DNA of 64,000 nt from Azolla caroliniana (lineage: Eukaryota; Plantae; Polypodiophyta): assembly GCA_043228905.1 (NCBI GenBank), contig JBHGNT010000009.1, forward strand, positions 5,766,001 through 5,830,000, read 5' to 3'. Within the stretch, counting starts at the first letter, position 1. Every line of letters starts with the position of its first letter. Shown here piece by piece: positions 23,914 to 36,249 of this stretch. The notes below the pieces were generated by a model. The model was not told where the DNA came from and made no database searches. It saw only the letters and a list, made by a program, of their open reading frames with translations. Position numbers and translations under genes: made by a program.

Positions 23914-26900
23914 ACGCGACAACGGGGTAAGGCAAGGTGATAAGCAGATGACCCAACCTACTTAAGGATCTCAAATGGGCCACAATATCGTGGGGCTAAC
24001 TTAGCGCACTTGCCCATAGACAATGAAGTAGAGTACGTAGGGACACGCAAAAAAACTTTTTAACCAATAGTAAATGCACGAGGACATCTATCTTGATCAA
24101 CATAAAATCGAGCACGATCTTGAGCTGTGTTGACATTCTCTTTGGCAATATGCAACATTTGGTTCATTTCTTGCAAAAAATTGTGTGTACTGTCTAATGT
24201 ATTACGATGGATCATGACATCAACTGGGGCATGTGGTTGAAAACCATACATCAACATAAAAGGACTATATCCAGTGGATGTATGTTTAGAGCTATTATAG
24301 GCAAATTCTAAGATTGGAAGGTTTTTGTTACATAAGCTCGAAGAATGTTCATTTTGTCCATCCGACTAAGGATGATCTGCGGAACTCATGCTCAACGTAG
24401 TTTCTAGTTTCTTAAAGACTTGAGTCCAAAAGTCACTAGTAAACTTGGAGTCTCGATCACTAATTGATAAGCCAATTATTGAGCGGTTACCGTAGTTTTG
24501 GTAGGAATAAATCTAGCCAATTTTGTTAGTCTATCAACGACAACCCAAATGGCATCATGACCCCTCTGTGTACGAGGTAAACTAACAATAAAATCCATCG
24601 AGATACTTTCCCATTTGTTGTTGGGAATATCTAAGGGATGTAAAAGATCAGCAGCTTTACGTCGTTCCGACTTATTAATCTGACATTGTAAGCATTGAGT
24701 TACGTATTTATGCATGTCAGAGTGCATCTTAGGCCAGAAAAAAGTACTCGAGATGAGAACGAGTGTGCGTTGTATTCCAGGATAACCCGCAGATGGTGCA
24801 TCATGACATTCATGAAGAATTTTCTGTTTTACGTTTGGTAAATCTGGAACATAGACCTTTCCACTACAGTAGAGCAAACCGTTTGTAATGTGAAAGGTCA
24901 CCTTCGAGGGTAGGGTGCTAGTAACGGCATCTAAACCAAATTCGGCTTTCGCCTAGTATTTTGAGAAATAATTGTCATTAAGGTATTTCCCTCGAAGGTG
25001 ATCTAAATGATCAGATTTTATTTCCGTGAAGCTAAGCATGTTAGCTTCTTTAATGCAACTAAGAGCATCCGCAAAAGTGTTCATAGAACCCTTGCGATAC
25101 CATATGGAAAAATCAAAATCTTGCATAAGGTCAGCCCAACGGCCTTTACGACCAACAAGATCTGGTTGGTCACAAAAATACTTCAATGATTGATGGTTTA
25201 TTGTAACCACAAATTTATTTCCATAAAGATAGTGCCTCCATGTTTTAAGTGCTTGTATTACTGCAAACAACTCTTTCTCTTGAACCGAATACCGAGATTG
25301 AGCAGCATCAAGCTTCTTACTTTCCAAACCAATAAGGTGACCACCTTGATAAAGAACGGCACCAATAGCATAATCACTAGCATCGGTTTCGATTAAGAAA
25401 GGCTTAGAAGGGTCCGGTAATAGAAGAGTGGGAGCCTGACACACATGCTCTTTGAGTGTCTCAAATGATTTGTCAAGTTGTTCATTCCATGCAATTGGTT
25501 TGACAGACTTACGTGGATGACCTTTTAAAAGGTCAGTTAATGGCGTAGTCAATTTGGAATAGTTACGAATTGATTTTCATAAAAATCCAACAAAACCTAA
25601 GTATGATCGCAGTTCACGAATATTACGAGGAATGGGCCAAAGTTTAACGTTTTCAATACGAGAAGGTTCAATTTCAACACCATTTTCCATAATTAAATGA
25701 CCTAGGTACAAAATAGATTTTTGGAAAAAAACTCATTTTGAATGTTTTGCACAGAAAGAGTTGTCACGCAACTTTTGCAAAACAAATCGAACATGTTGAA
25801 CATGATCTTGCAAGGTACGACTATATATCAAAATATCATCCAAGAAGACGACAACAAAATCACCAAGTTGATCTCGGAAAACGCCATTCATCGCTTGTTG
25901 GAATGTGGCTAGAGCATTAGTCAACCTGAAAGGCATGACTAAAAACTCATGATCACCATAGCACGTACGAAAAGCGGTTTTAGGAATATCATCTTCGGCA
26001 ATGCGAATCTAATGATAACTTGTTCGTAAGTCAATTTTCGTAAAATATCAATCCCCATGCAAACGATCAATCAAATCATCGGCACGAGGTAACGAATATG
26101 CATTTTTAATTGTCATTTTATTCAAACGGCGATAATTGATACACATTCGCCATGAACCTTCCTTCTTCTTAACTAATAGAACTAGTGCACCCCAAGGTGA
26201 TTTACTATACCTAATGTGGACCATACTCAAGTATTCCTTAAGTTATTTAGTGATCTCATCCTCTTATAATCGACTAAGTCGGTAAGGTGGAATGCTCACA
26301 TGAGCAGCACCAGGGATGAGTTCAATTTGATGGTCCACATTACGTTTTGGTGGTAAAGTGGCAATTCGTTAGGAAACACATCTTGAAAATCATCTAAAAT
26401 AGAGTTGAGTAATCGTTGTTCATAATGTGGTAATGGTGTGGCGTCAATATTAAAGTAATAAAGTTGAAGCACAGGATCAATTACACACGAATAAATTAAT
26501 GAACTAGAATACTCACTTAAAGATTTAGAAGACACAAGTGAACGAGACGGAAGTTTGGAACATTGAATAAAATGTTTACAATTATTAAGTTCAAATGTGA
26601 TTGAGTGATTAACCCAATCAATGGACAAAGAAGGTTTTTTATTAAAAACCCAAGGGTATCCTAAAATGACATCTACAGATTGTAGTTTCATAACATGAAA
26701 GTCAAGCTTCTCCAAATAGGTATCTATTTGAATTGGCAGTTGACAAACAATGCCACTGATGTATTGAAAGCTTCCATTTTCCATGTGAACTTGATAGATA
26801 TGATCACTTGCGTTTATGTGGAGTTCCATTTGTTGCACAAAGTGATCATTAAGAAAATTGTGAGAACTACCGGAATCAAACAAGAAATGTGCTTGTGTTC

Positions 26901-29643
26901 CATTGATATACCCAAATGCTCGGAGTAAATCATTAGGTCCAAGTAAATGTGAAGGAAAAGTGCATTCACATGAACTTAAGTGGTTGGTATGAACTTCAAC
27001 AACATCAAAAGACTCACCTGTGTGACTTGTAGATTTGTATTGAGGAGGGGTGTTCAAGACGACAAAAGGTATCCTTTGTGTGGCCTCGCTTCTTGCAATA
27101 TGCACAGAAGAGGTTAGGTTTCTTGGAGTCGCGGTCAAGAGTGTCATTCGATTGCTTACGTTTCCCAATGAACTTGACATTCGGAGTTTTGGCGAACTTA
27201 GGTTTATTGTGGTCTTTCTTGGAAGTCCTATGGTACCGAAGTACAATGTTGACGGCTTCCTCAAAAGTTGTGGGGTCCTTGTCATGGACAATCCAATGGT
27301 AATCCCCATTAGGAATACCATTCAAAAAGCAAGCAACAAACCATTTCTCACCAGTAAGTCCCGATTTTGGATTTGGGTTCGAGCATTATGCACATAATCC
27401 TCGAGAGAGGTAAATGGCTTACTCGGCAACGTGAGCAAGTGTTGCGCTTGTTCAGTTTGAGAAGGTGGCTACAAAAACTATTTCTTAAAAACATCAACAA
27501 AACCTTCCCAAGTTGTGGGTAAGTTCTTTGTCGTCCTTAGGCCGCGCCACCAAGCAGCAGCTCGGCCACCTAACTCACAACCGACATAACCAATTTTTAC
27601 AGCATCGGGCTTGGGGTGGAGCTCAAAGTGAGACTCCCAACGACCAAGCCAAGTGTTAATGGCCTCCTCGGTTCTTTTTTTCTTATCTCCCTTGAATGAC
27701 GTTACTACGAAAGAAGGCTCACCTCACCTTCTTTCTTGGACTCAATAGTCAATTCTTGGAATTTCTTTTCCAATGCCATATTGGCCTACCTCATTTCGGC
27801 CAATTGATGCAAGGTAGTAGTGAGCATTTGCTCAATAGTGATCTCAGCTTGTGTGCGAGATGCGGATTGGAGTTGAGAAGTCTCGGTCAGAGAGATTGCA
27901 CCAACAGCGTTCAAAACTTGTTCCATGATGCAAGCTGTGGTTATGCAATATAAATAAGGGGGTTCAGAAAATACACAAGCAAAATGAATGCTTGAAATTT
28001 TGATTGGAAGAACTTTACCAAGAAAGCATCTCACGTCTTTACCCCTCTAGACATATGAGATGTGATTCGAGATCCGATAACTATGGTAACACTATGGTGT
28101 TTTAAAAACCATGGGGGCAAACATAGCTAAGATGTCTTTCTCGGATCTCTATCTTGAGTAATCATGGCGACTCCCCGAGGCTCAGCCATGGTTCCAACAT
28201 CAATGTAATTTCTTAGTTAGCCTTATATTAATGCCAACCCAGCATGTATTGATATGGTCGAGAAAGTGTATTACATGAAAAAAACAAGTGCACTCGCAAG
28301 TAATATTCTAGTCTTGCGAGTAACAAGCAAATGTGATGATAAAAATGATAAAATAAGGCACTACCCATTAGAGGCAAGTTGTGACGAAAACAAGGGTCAA
28401 AAAACCATGTGCTACCTACTAAAAAAGCAATGTCACAAATCAATGGTACGAAACCCATGCCTTAAGGTACGAAACCCTAGAGTAGTCGACATGCACCTCC
28501 TCAAGACCACCACATCTCCCTAGAATCGGCCAAGTGATGGCTCAATAAAGAGTAAAGTGACATAGGTAAGCGACATATACGTCGTCAAGGCCACAACATC
28601 CCATAGAATCGGCCAAGTGATGGCTCAATAGAGAGTAGAGTGGCATAGGTAGGCGACATACACCTCGTCATGGCCATAACATCCCATAGACTCGGCCAAG
28701 TAATAGCTCAATAGAGGGAAGAGTGGCATACTCAACATCATATGCAAAAGGACCATGAGGTGAGCGTGTGCGATTAGGGAAAACACGCTTGACACAAGGC
28801 ACAACAATAATTAATATCGTAAGAGAAGGCTCCAGAGAGGGGAGCGTAGGAGATACATTGCAATATACAAAAGGGCCATGAGTTGAGTGTGTGCGACTAG
28901 TGCAAACACGCTCGGCCCGATGCACAATAATAATTAAAATCTTATCATGGTAGAAAGAAGAAAGAAAAGAAAAGAAAATGTAACACAAATTTGATTCGAC
29001 CAACAAGAACGCATCATAGAAAGAAGAGAGATCGAGAAAGAAGAATATCGGGTTTAGAGTGTTGTTTTGATCCTGAGAAGAGCATGATGAGCCTTGTTAG
29101 ATCCCCATCGCTCACACACAAAAAATATCAAAACAACAAAACATAATGTTAGCAAAAGCTTTGATACCACTGTTAAGAGTCTATTACTAATCAATAGACC
29201 AAAGTAAAGTAAAAGAAGGAAAATAGATTGGATAGAAGAACCCGTTCCACCTGACCGCCCCCGAGCTATGATCTAGACATAGCCAACCTACCACCGACGT
29301 CCCATATCGCTGGATATTAGGATGACTAATACCTTGGAAGAGATAAACACGATCGTCGAGACGAAAGCCTAGCCCGCACCACCAGTGTCTAAGACAATAG
29401 CCTTCCGACGTAATGTCCTTATGAGGGTAGCTAAGCCTCATATTTATACCTTTTCCTAGGCCCCTTGAATAGATGTGCCTTTCTAAAAGGCTCTCCATTC
29501 ATTGGTTGTCCAAATCATGATAGTGCATGCACCTATCATTCCTTCTATCCAATCATTAGTCCCCTTTTTAACAATAGTGAACATACCCTTCACTAATGTA
29601 AATATTAGTGGCCTACCCTCACCAACGTTATGTATACATAACA
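23914..29643 (-). mobile_element. Degenerate Ty3/Gypsy, chromovirus-type; 5' LTR 29643-29171, PBS 29169-29158
   Basis: PBS TGGTATCAAAGC. FLFDSGSSHNF (PR), [11 protein letters not shown] and [10 protein letters not shown] (RT), ETDASDYAIGAVL (RH), WESISMDFI, VVDRLTK and KLAPRYCGPF (INT). Many stops and frameshifts. Confidence 0.9.
28500..28940. repeat. Tandem repeats in the Gypsy leader (~83 bp x3, ~123 bp x2)
   Basis: TAGAATCGGCCAAGTGATGGCTCAATA-like units at ~28521, 28604 and 28687. CAAAAGG(A/G)CCATGAG units at ~28745 and 28868. Confidence 0.7.
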
Positions 29644-31866
29644 ACCAAAGGATGCTTGGGGGAACCTGAAGAGGGTATTTGCCGCCAGCACCACTGCCTG
29701 TAAGTTGCAACTCAGACAGGTGCTCAACAATGTCCGACAAGGAGGTATGTCAGTATCTTACTACACCAAGATCAAGGAGATTTGTGATGCACTCGGGTCC
29801 ATCAATGTTATTGTGGACAAAGACGAGATGGTGCAGATCTACTTTGGTGGGTTAACTCAGAAATACGGGCTGATTCGGCGAGAGAGAAGCCTCCTTCATA
29901 TTTCGACTTACAATCGATGCTCCTTGTAGAGGAGAACCACACTGGCCCGTCGACGAGTATGCATGTCAATAGCAAGATGTTGTGCATGGAAGTAGAGAGG
30001 AACTTTGTCGTGGTGGACGAGGCAGGTCAGCACGCATTGGAGGCGGCCAACAGGAGCATAATTCGAGGCATAATCGAAATGTCGACAGCATTTCCGGACC
30101 CTCCCCGAGCAAAGAGAGTCAAGGTGGTGCCAAAAGCCGGCAAGGAAAGGCTACCAAGGACTTGTGGTACTATGGCTGGAAGGACCACACAGAGAGTGAG
30201 TGCTGGAAGAAGTGTGTTGCTTCGAACCGGGCCAGATTGAGCTGAGGGGATGCAGATAGGCGTCAAAGATCGCACTACGTTGAAGGCTCAGAACGAACTT
30301 GAACAAATCCTACCTTCATCATGAAGCACAAAGCCAACTCGATGGCGGTGAACACCTTGAAGTTGAACGAGCTGTGGTACGTGGATTCCGAAGCATCAAA
30401 CCATATGACGAATCACAAGGAGTGGTTCTTGACTCTGGAGAAGCTGGAACAAACCAGTGGTCGTCGAAACTGGCGATGATACCCCTCGCCCCATTGAACA
30501 TATTGGAGATGTCTCTTTGAGCCATGTCGGTCAGAGAGGAATCATGAGAAATTTCTTGCATGTCCCAACAATCACCAAGAACTTGGTGTAAGTCAGACAA
30601 ATTGTTCACTAGGGCATGCAAGTTCGATTTGCTCACCTTGGGTGCTTCATCGAAGAAGAAGGTCGAATCAATGTGCAAGGGCACTAAGAAGGGAGGATTT
30701 TTATCCTCGAAACAAACTACGTAGGCACCCCTATGTTTGCCAAAGGGCAAAAGGTCGAGTCGATGACCTGTTGCACAAGCAGTTCGGCCACGTCAACTTC
30801 CTGCAACTTTGGGAAATGCAGACAAAGAACATCGTTTTCAGCTTGCTGAAATTCAGTGGCCGGAAGGGACAAGTCAGCGAAGCCTTCCAAATAGGGAAGC
30901 ATCACCAATTTCCATTCCCCAATGAGCATAATTGGAGGCGAAACAAGGTCGATTTAATCCATTTGGATGTGTGGGGGACGACGCAAAACGTGAGTATCGA
31001 TGGGAGTCGCTACTTCGTAACCTTCATCAATAACTTCACTCAGCACACCTGGGCATGCTTGATTGAGAAGAAAAGTGAAGTATTCTCCTATTTCTTGAAC
31101 GTGAAGAGCCTTGTTGAATGGCAGACCTGCAGGAAGTTCAAGTGCCTCATGTCCGATGGCGGAAAAGAGTACTTTTCCGACCAGTTCTCGAGCTATCTGC
31201 AGAAGGAGGGAATCTGACGCGAATTCTCTTAAAGATACACACCAGAGCATAATGGTGTGGCCAAGTGGAAGAATCAAACGATAGAGGAAGCGGGACAGGC
31301 AATGCTTGAGGAGAAGCATATGCCAAAGATCTATTGTGCCAAAGCGGTCAGAACATCCCATGTAACTTCAGAATCGGACTCCTATAAATTTGGGAGTGTC
31401 ACCACATGAGGTATACTTCCGGAAGAAGCCAAATTTGGGACACTTCAAGGTATTCGGAAACATAGCATATGTGCATGTGCCGAAGTAGAAGTGGAGGAAG
31501 CTAGATGCCGAAGCCAAGAAATATATCTTAGTCGGCTACTCGGACGAGCAAAAGGGTTATAAGTGTTATAACCCCCGATCGAAACAGGTCCGAGTAAGCC
31601 GAGATGTCGTGTTCGACGAGTCGGCCTCATGGTATTTGCCCCCATCTCTAACCCCCATCAACTCCATTCCAAATTTTGAGGACGAGGCCAGTGAGGCCGA
31701 GATGCCCTTGGATGGGGAAGAAATCGGAGCTCTAGAAGCGAGTCTGAGGGACTGAGTCAGAACGACTAGTCAGATGTGGCGTCGGCGAGTAGTGGATACT
31801 TGGTTGTGTAGTCCTCGCGCCAGAAGTCGAGGAGATAGCTTACGCGCAAGGAAAAGTGGAAGGTGA
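29644..31866 (+). pseudogene. Degenerate Copia family A: rest of gag, PR and INT
   Basis: PKDAWGNLKRVFAAST, WYVDSEASNHM, HLDVWG, SDGGKEYFS. Homologous to 11500-13750. Confidence 0.85.
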
Positions 31867-34154
31867 TGATGGGATTCGATCCCTATGATTTGTGACGTAG
31901 GCCAACTATGAAATACACAATAACGTTGTCGTGAAGATTTTCGGCAATGGTGTGAAAATTGCGAGGAATGTACAATATCGAGTGTGGTTCTTCACACACA
32001 ATATGAAACAATAATAGTGAAGATATTATTTTATATTAGTTTAATATCTTGGTACGAAAAGATGGATGTCTTCAAGAGCTTCTGAATGCATTTTACTACA
32101 TCTGAAATGGACAACTTAGTATCAAGTTGAGTGTGAAGTTTGAGAAGAAGAAGAGGAAAAAAATTTGTGAGATAGGACACCATCCAGATTCAACGGTATA
32201 TAAGTAGAGCGATATGTCTTTATATTTCATCTATGTGTTGGGAGCACAAAAAGGTTGGGTTGCATAACTTGGATTAATGGATGCGGCCAAGTTGTTCAAA
32301 ATGGTTTTGGAGAACCAGAACCGGACGGCGACGGAATCAGAACCGGAACCAGGATGGCGACGAAATCGAAATCGGAACCAAGATGGACGAACGGCGACGG
32401 AACCAGATGCGGATCGAACCGGTCTAAACGGACGCGACCAGATCGGATCACTGAACAGGATGGACCGGATAGACGGATCGATCAAATAGGTTGATCACGA
32501 AGCACGGTGTCTTGAAGATTTTCAGTGTGAAACGAAAAAGCCAAGTCGTTTCTTTAAGTTATATTTTTAACATTATACTTTCACATGTAAATTCTCATAT
32601 TAGAGCTTGAATGAGTGACATGGTTATCATGCATCACATGTAATGCATGAGCGCCAAATGGCAAACATGCATTCCATGCATGTCTTGTACCCTCACATGC
32701 ATCATCTATAAAAGAATGGATGAAAAAGATCAAAGGGAGCTATGTATTAATCAAGAATTGAATAAGAAGAAAATTCGTTATCCAATTGATGATATATCTT
32801 GTTCCTCAAATCTAAAGTCAAGGGTTCAATCTTAATCTCTCTCTCCATTTCAATCTCTCTCAATCTAAAGTCAAGCGTTCTATTGTATCTCAATCTCTCT
32901 CTCTTTCAATCTATCTTAAATACTTTCTTGCTAAAGCTAGTGCAAACTTCGAATCCTTCCGGTTCAGAACCCCGGCGGTTCCGCCTCATGATCAGCACGT
33001 AGTGATGGATTTTTCACGACAACGTAGAAACAGAAAACAACAAATGCACAGAATACACAGTTTTACGTGGAAACCCTAAACATGGAAAACCACGGGAACA
33101 GAGATCCACTATACAATGGAGAATACAAAGGAGACAGTATTCAACACTATCTCTGCACAGAATGTATCAGCCATGCAAGGCTCTTGGTGTCTAAGCACAT
33201 ACAATTAGGGCACCGCTCTCTCTATCACACACTCTCTCTTCTCACTGTAACACCCTCACTACAGGAACTACTACACTATTCTACTCTTTCGTTCAACAAC
33301 TTTCTGTTCTACTTACCACTATGTTTGCCCTAAGTGTATTTATACTTATACACAATATGGGCTATTTACAAGTGTAACCATTATTATACTACTACTTTCA
33401 TTCCTATTATTATACTAATAATAATAGCAGTTAATCCGCCGACTGGTTGACTAGCCAACTCCAATGTCAACTATCCAGTAAGCCCGACTAGTCGGTCTTG
33501 TCTTCAACTTGGATCACTTGTACTGTTGACTCTCCATGTCTTCGACTCTCGGCTCTCAGCCCAACCAGTCGGCTACTACTTTTCTTCGATTGTCAGCTCT
33601 CGTTACAACCAATCAGCTCCTCCCATAGGAGGGACATATTACTAACAAACTCCCCCTTCACTCCTATGGGTGGAGTCGGTTAGCCATGTCCTTTGTCGAC
33701 AGACTCCGAGTCTGTCCATCAGTAGGTTCTTTGTGAGCATGTCTGATCCATTGTCATCAGTATGGAACTTCACAAGGGTAAACTGTCCTTCCTCCATTTT
33801 CTCCCGCAACCAGTGATACCTTCTCTATATGTGTTTGGTCCAGAGTGGTACGCAGCATTCTTGGTTAGATGTATGGCACTCTGGTTGTCGCAATGAAGCA
33901 AGAACTCCCTTTGCTTCATTCCCAACTCACTGAGAAAATTTCTTATCCAAATCAACTCTTTTTCGACCTCTACCACTACCATATACTCTGCCTCTGCATA
34001 TGTCATCATATACCCTGAAGTGTATCGACTTGCGTCTGCATCCCCCGACATGTCTAAGTCGGTAAACCCTTCGAGCATAGGTTTTCCAACACCATACCTA
34101 AGACACACCCTCGAGGTGCCTTTCAAGTACTTGAGTATCCACTTTACTGCTACT
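31867..34154 (-). mobile_element. Copia 3' remnant (family B-related): RH fragment, PPT and 3' LTR (33647 to ~31867, interrupted)
   Basis: EGFTDLDMSG and CDNQSAIHL. PPT GAAGGGGGAG followed by TGTTAG. TTTCCACGTAAA motif shared with family B LTRs. Confidence 0.75.
31927..33021. mobile_element. 1.1 kb insertion with inverted termini (solo LTR or MITE)
   Basis: TGTCGTGAA...TTCACGACA with ACGT on both flanks. The flanks rejoin into the host LTR. Confidence 0.75.
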
Positions 34155-35456
34155 TGTTGGCATAATGAGCCGGCTCCTTCCACTTTGTATCCTAGTGTGA
34201 ACACGTCCAAAGAGATAGGGCTTAATATATAAGCTATAACCTAACGTTGTATAGGTAACATCTTGATCATTCTTGTATATCTTGAACCTCTGTGGACAGA
34301 GAGAAGAATATAGAGAAAGTTTCCATTTGAGCTCGAACTATGTCTACGATTCACTCATGTCCTTTGTCACATTCTCTGTGTTATTTGTTGTGCACATTCA
34401 CCGACATGACCTCACTTCCTTTCGTGCATTACTTCCCACAAGTGGTATCAGAGCGACTTGTTCGGCGGCAATGAAAGAAGTAGAGAAAGTTCAAAAAGAA
34501 GACAAGGTCAGCAAAAATCTCACGTTCGAAAAAGAATATGGCCTCAACATCTGGAGCAGGAGTTGAAATCTGAAAGTTCGATGGAAAAAAAAAATCTTGT
34601 TGAAGGAGATGATGCAGGATGTGTTGATCATCAGGAGAGAAGTCGAAGCTATTTGACATAGCAAAAAACCCACTACGATGTCAGCCGAAGAGTGGAGATC
34701 ACTAGACAAAATCACGCACTCCACCATCCGAATGCATCTAGCTGAGAATGTCTATTTCAGCATGGCCAAGGAGACAAGAGTTTTCTCATTATGGGAAAGT
34801 TGCAAGCAGTGTACGAGAAGAAGTTCCCCTCGTGAAAACTCATATTGATTCGACAAATGTTCAACATGAAGATGAGAAAGTCGGATCCTACAACCTCCCA
34901 CATCAACACCTTCAATCGGGTGTTGTCTGAACTCTCCTCCCAAGTGATTAACTTCGAAGAAGAAGTTAAAGCCCTTGCCCTCCTATCGAGCTTGCCGGTG
35001 AGTTGGGAAGTATTTTGCACAACATTCGCCAATAGCCGTCTGATCCTAAATTTAGATGAGAAGATCGGCCAAGTCCTCACCGAGGACATTTAGCGAAAAT
35101 CGATGGGATTCACCATCGACGAATCGGGAGAAGCCCACCACTCGACCGAGTCGGTCGACCAATTGAGTCGATCGAAAGAACAAGGTGACAAAACCAGTTG
35201 GAACACCAATCAATCAAAAACGAGGGGAGACCAACAACTGTCGAAGTCGAGAACGGGCAGATTAGGGGAATTTTGCACCCATTGTAGAAAAGTCAGCCAC
35301 AATGTTTCCGACTGTTGGTCGATCAAGATGAAAGATAGTGGTTGGAGATCTTAATGGAATCGAGGATGATCCAACTTGAATCACTCTCCAGTCGGCAACC
35401 AAGTCAATGTTGTCGACACTCGATTGGGAGAAATCCTCTCCTTAGAGGATTCAATG

Positions 35457-36249
35457 TGTTGGGAGACAGGTTCCTCCGGATGGGAAGGGAGAAGAACAGT
35501 GCCGACGAACAAACTAGGCCGAGGCCGAAACGGTATGAGGAGCACACGGCTACGGAGAGCCGGATGATATAGGCTCGGTGTGAACCGGATGAGTAGTACC
35601 CGGCTACGGAGAGCCAGATGATACAGGCCCGGTGTGAACCGGATGAGGAGTACCCAGCTACGGAGAGCCGGATGATACAGGCCCGGTGTAAACCGGATGA
35701 GTAGTACCCGGCTACGGAGAGCCGGATGGTGCATGCCCGATGTGAACCGGATGAGGAGTACCCGGCTACGGAGAGCCGGATGGTGCAGAACCGGAGGAAG
35801 AGACATATTCGTAAATATGTTTCTGAGAGCCCATCGAGGCTATATTTGTAAATAGCCGAAAAGTCATATTAGTATAAATATGACTTAGGGCAAACTTTTA
35901 GTTGTGTGTTGTCATTTTCTTGTTGGTGCAAGAAGAAGAGAGAGCACGTAACAGTGTACAGAGAGAGAGAGAGAGAGAGAGGTTGTTGCCTCTGTTGTAA
36001 CCGCCGCCTGTGGCGAAGATTGTGAGTCCGAGGTCATTGCCTCCGTGAACTCACTGTGTTGTACATTCTCACATAGTGATAGTTTGCAGCCTGTGGGCTG
36101 CCGTGGTTTTTCCCTCTTTGGGTTTTCCACGTAAACCTCCTGTGTATCTTCCTCTTCTTTGTGTTGTGTTCTATTTCCCGTTTTCTGTGTGTCAATCTAA
36201 GCTCGGTTGTGGCCGAGCGTTGTGTATAAGGAACGTTGGGTTCCCGTCA
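35457..36249 (+). mobile_element. Solo LTR, Copia family B, with ~5 copies of a 54-bp repeat
   Basis: TG...CA ends, TSD CAATG (35452-35456 and 36250-36254). Confidence 0.93.
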
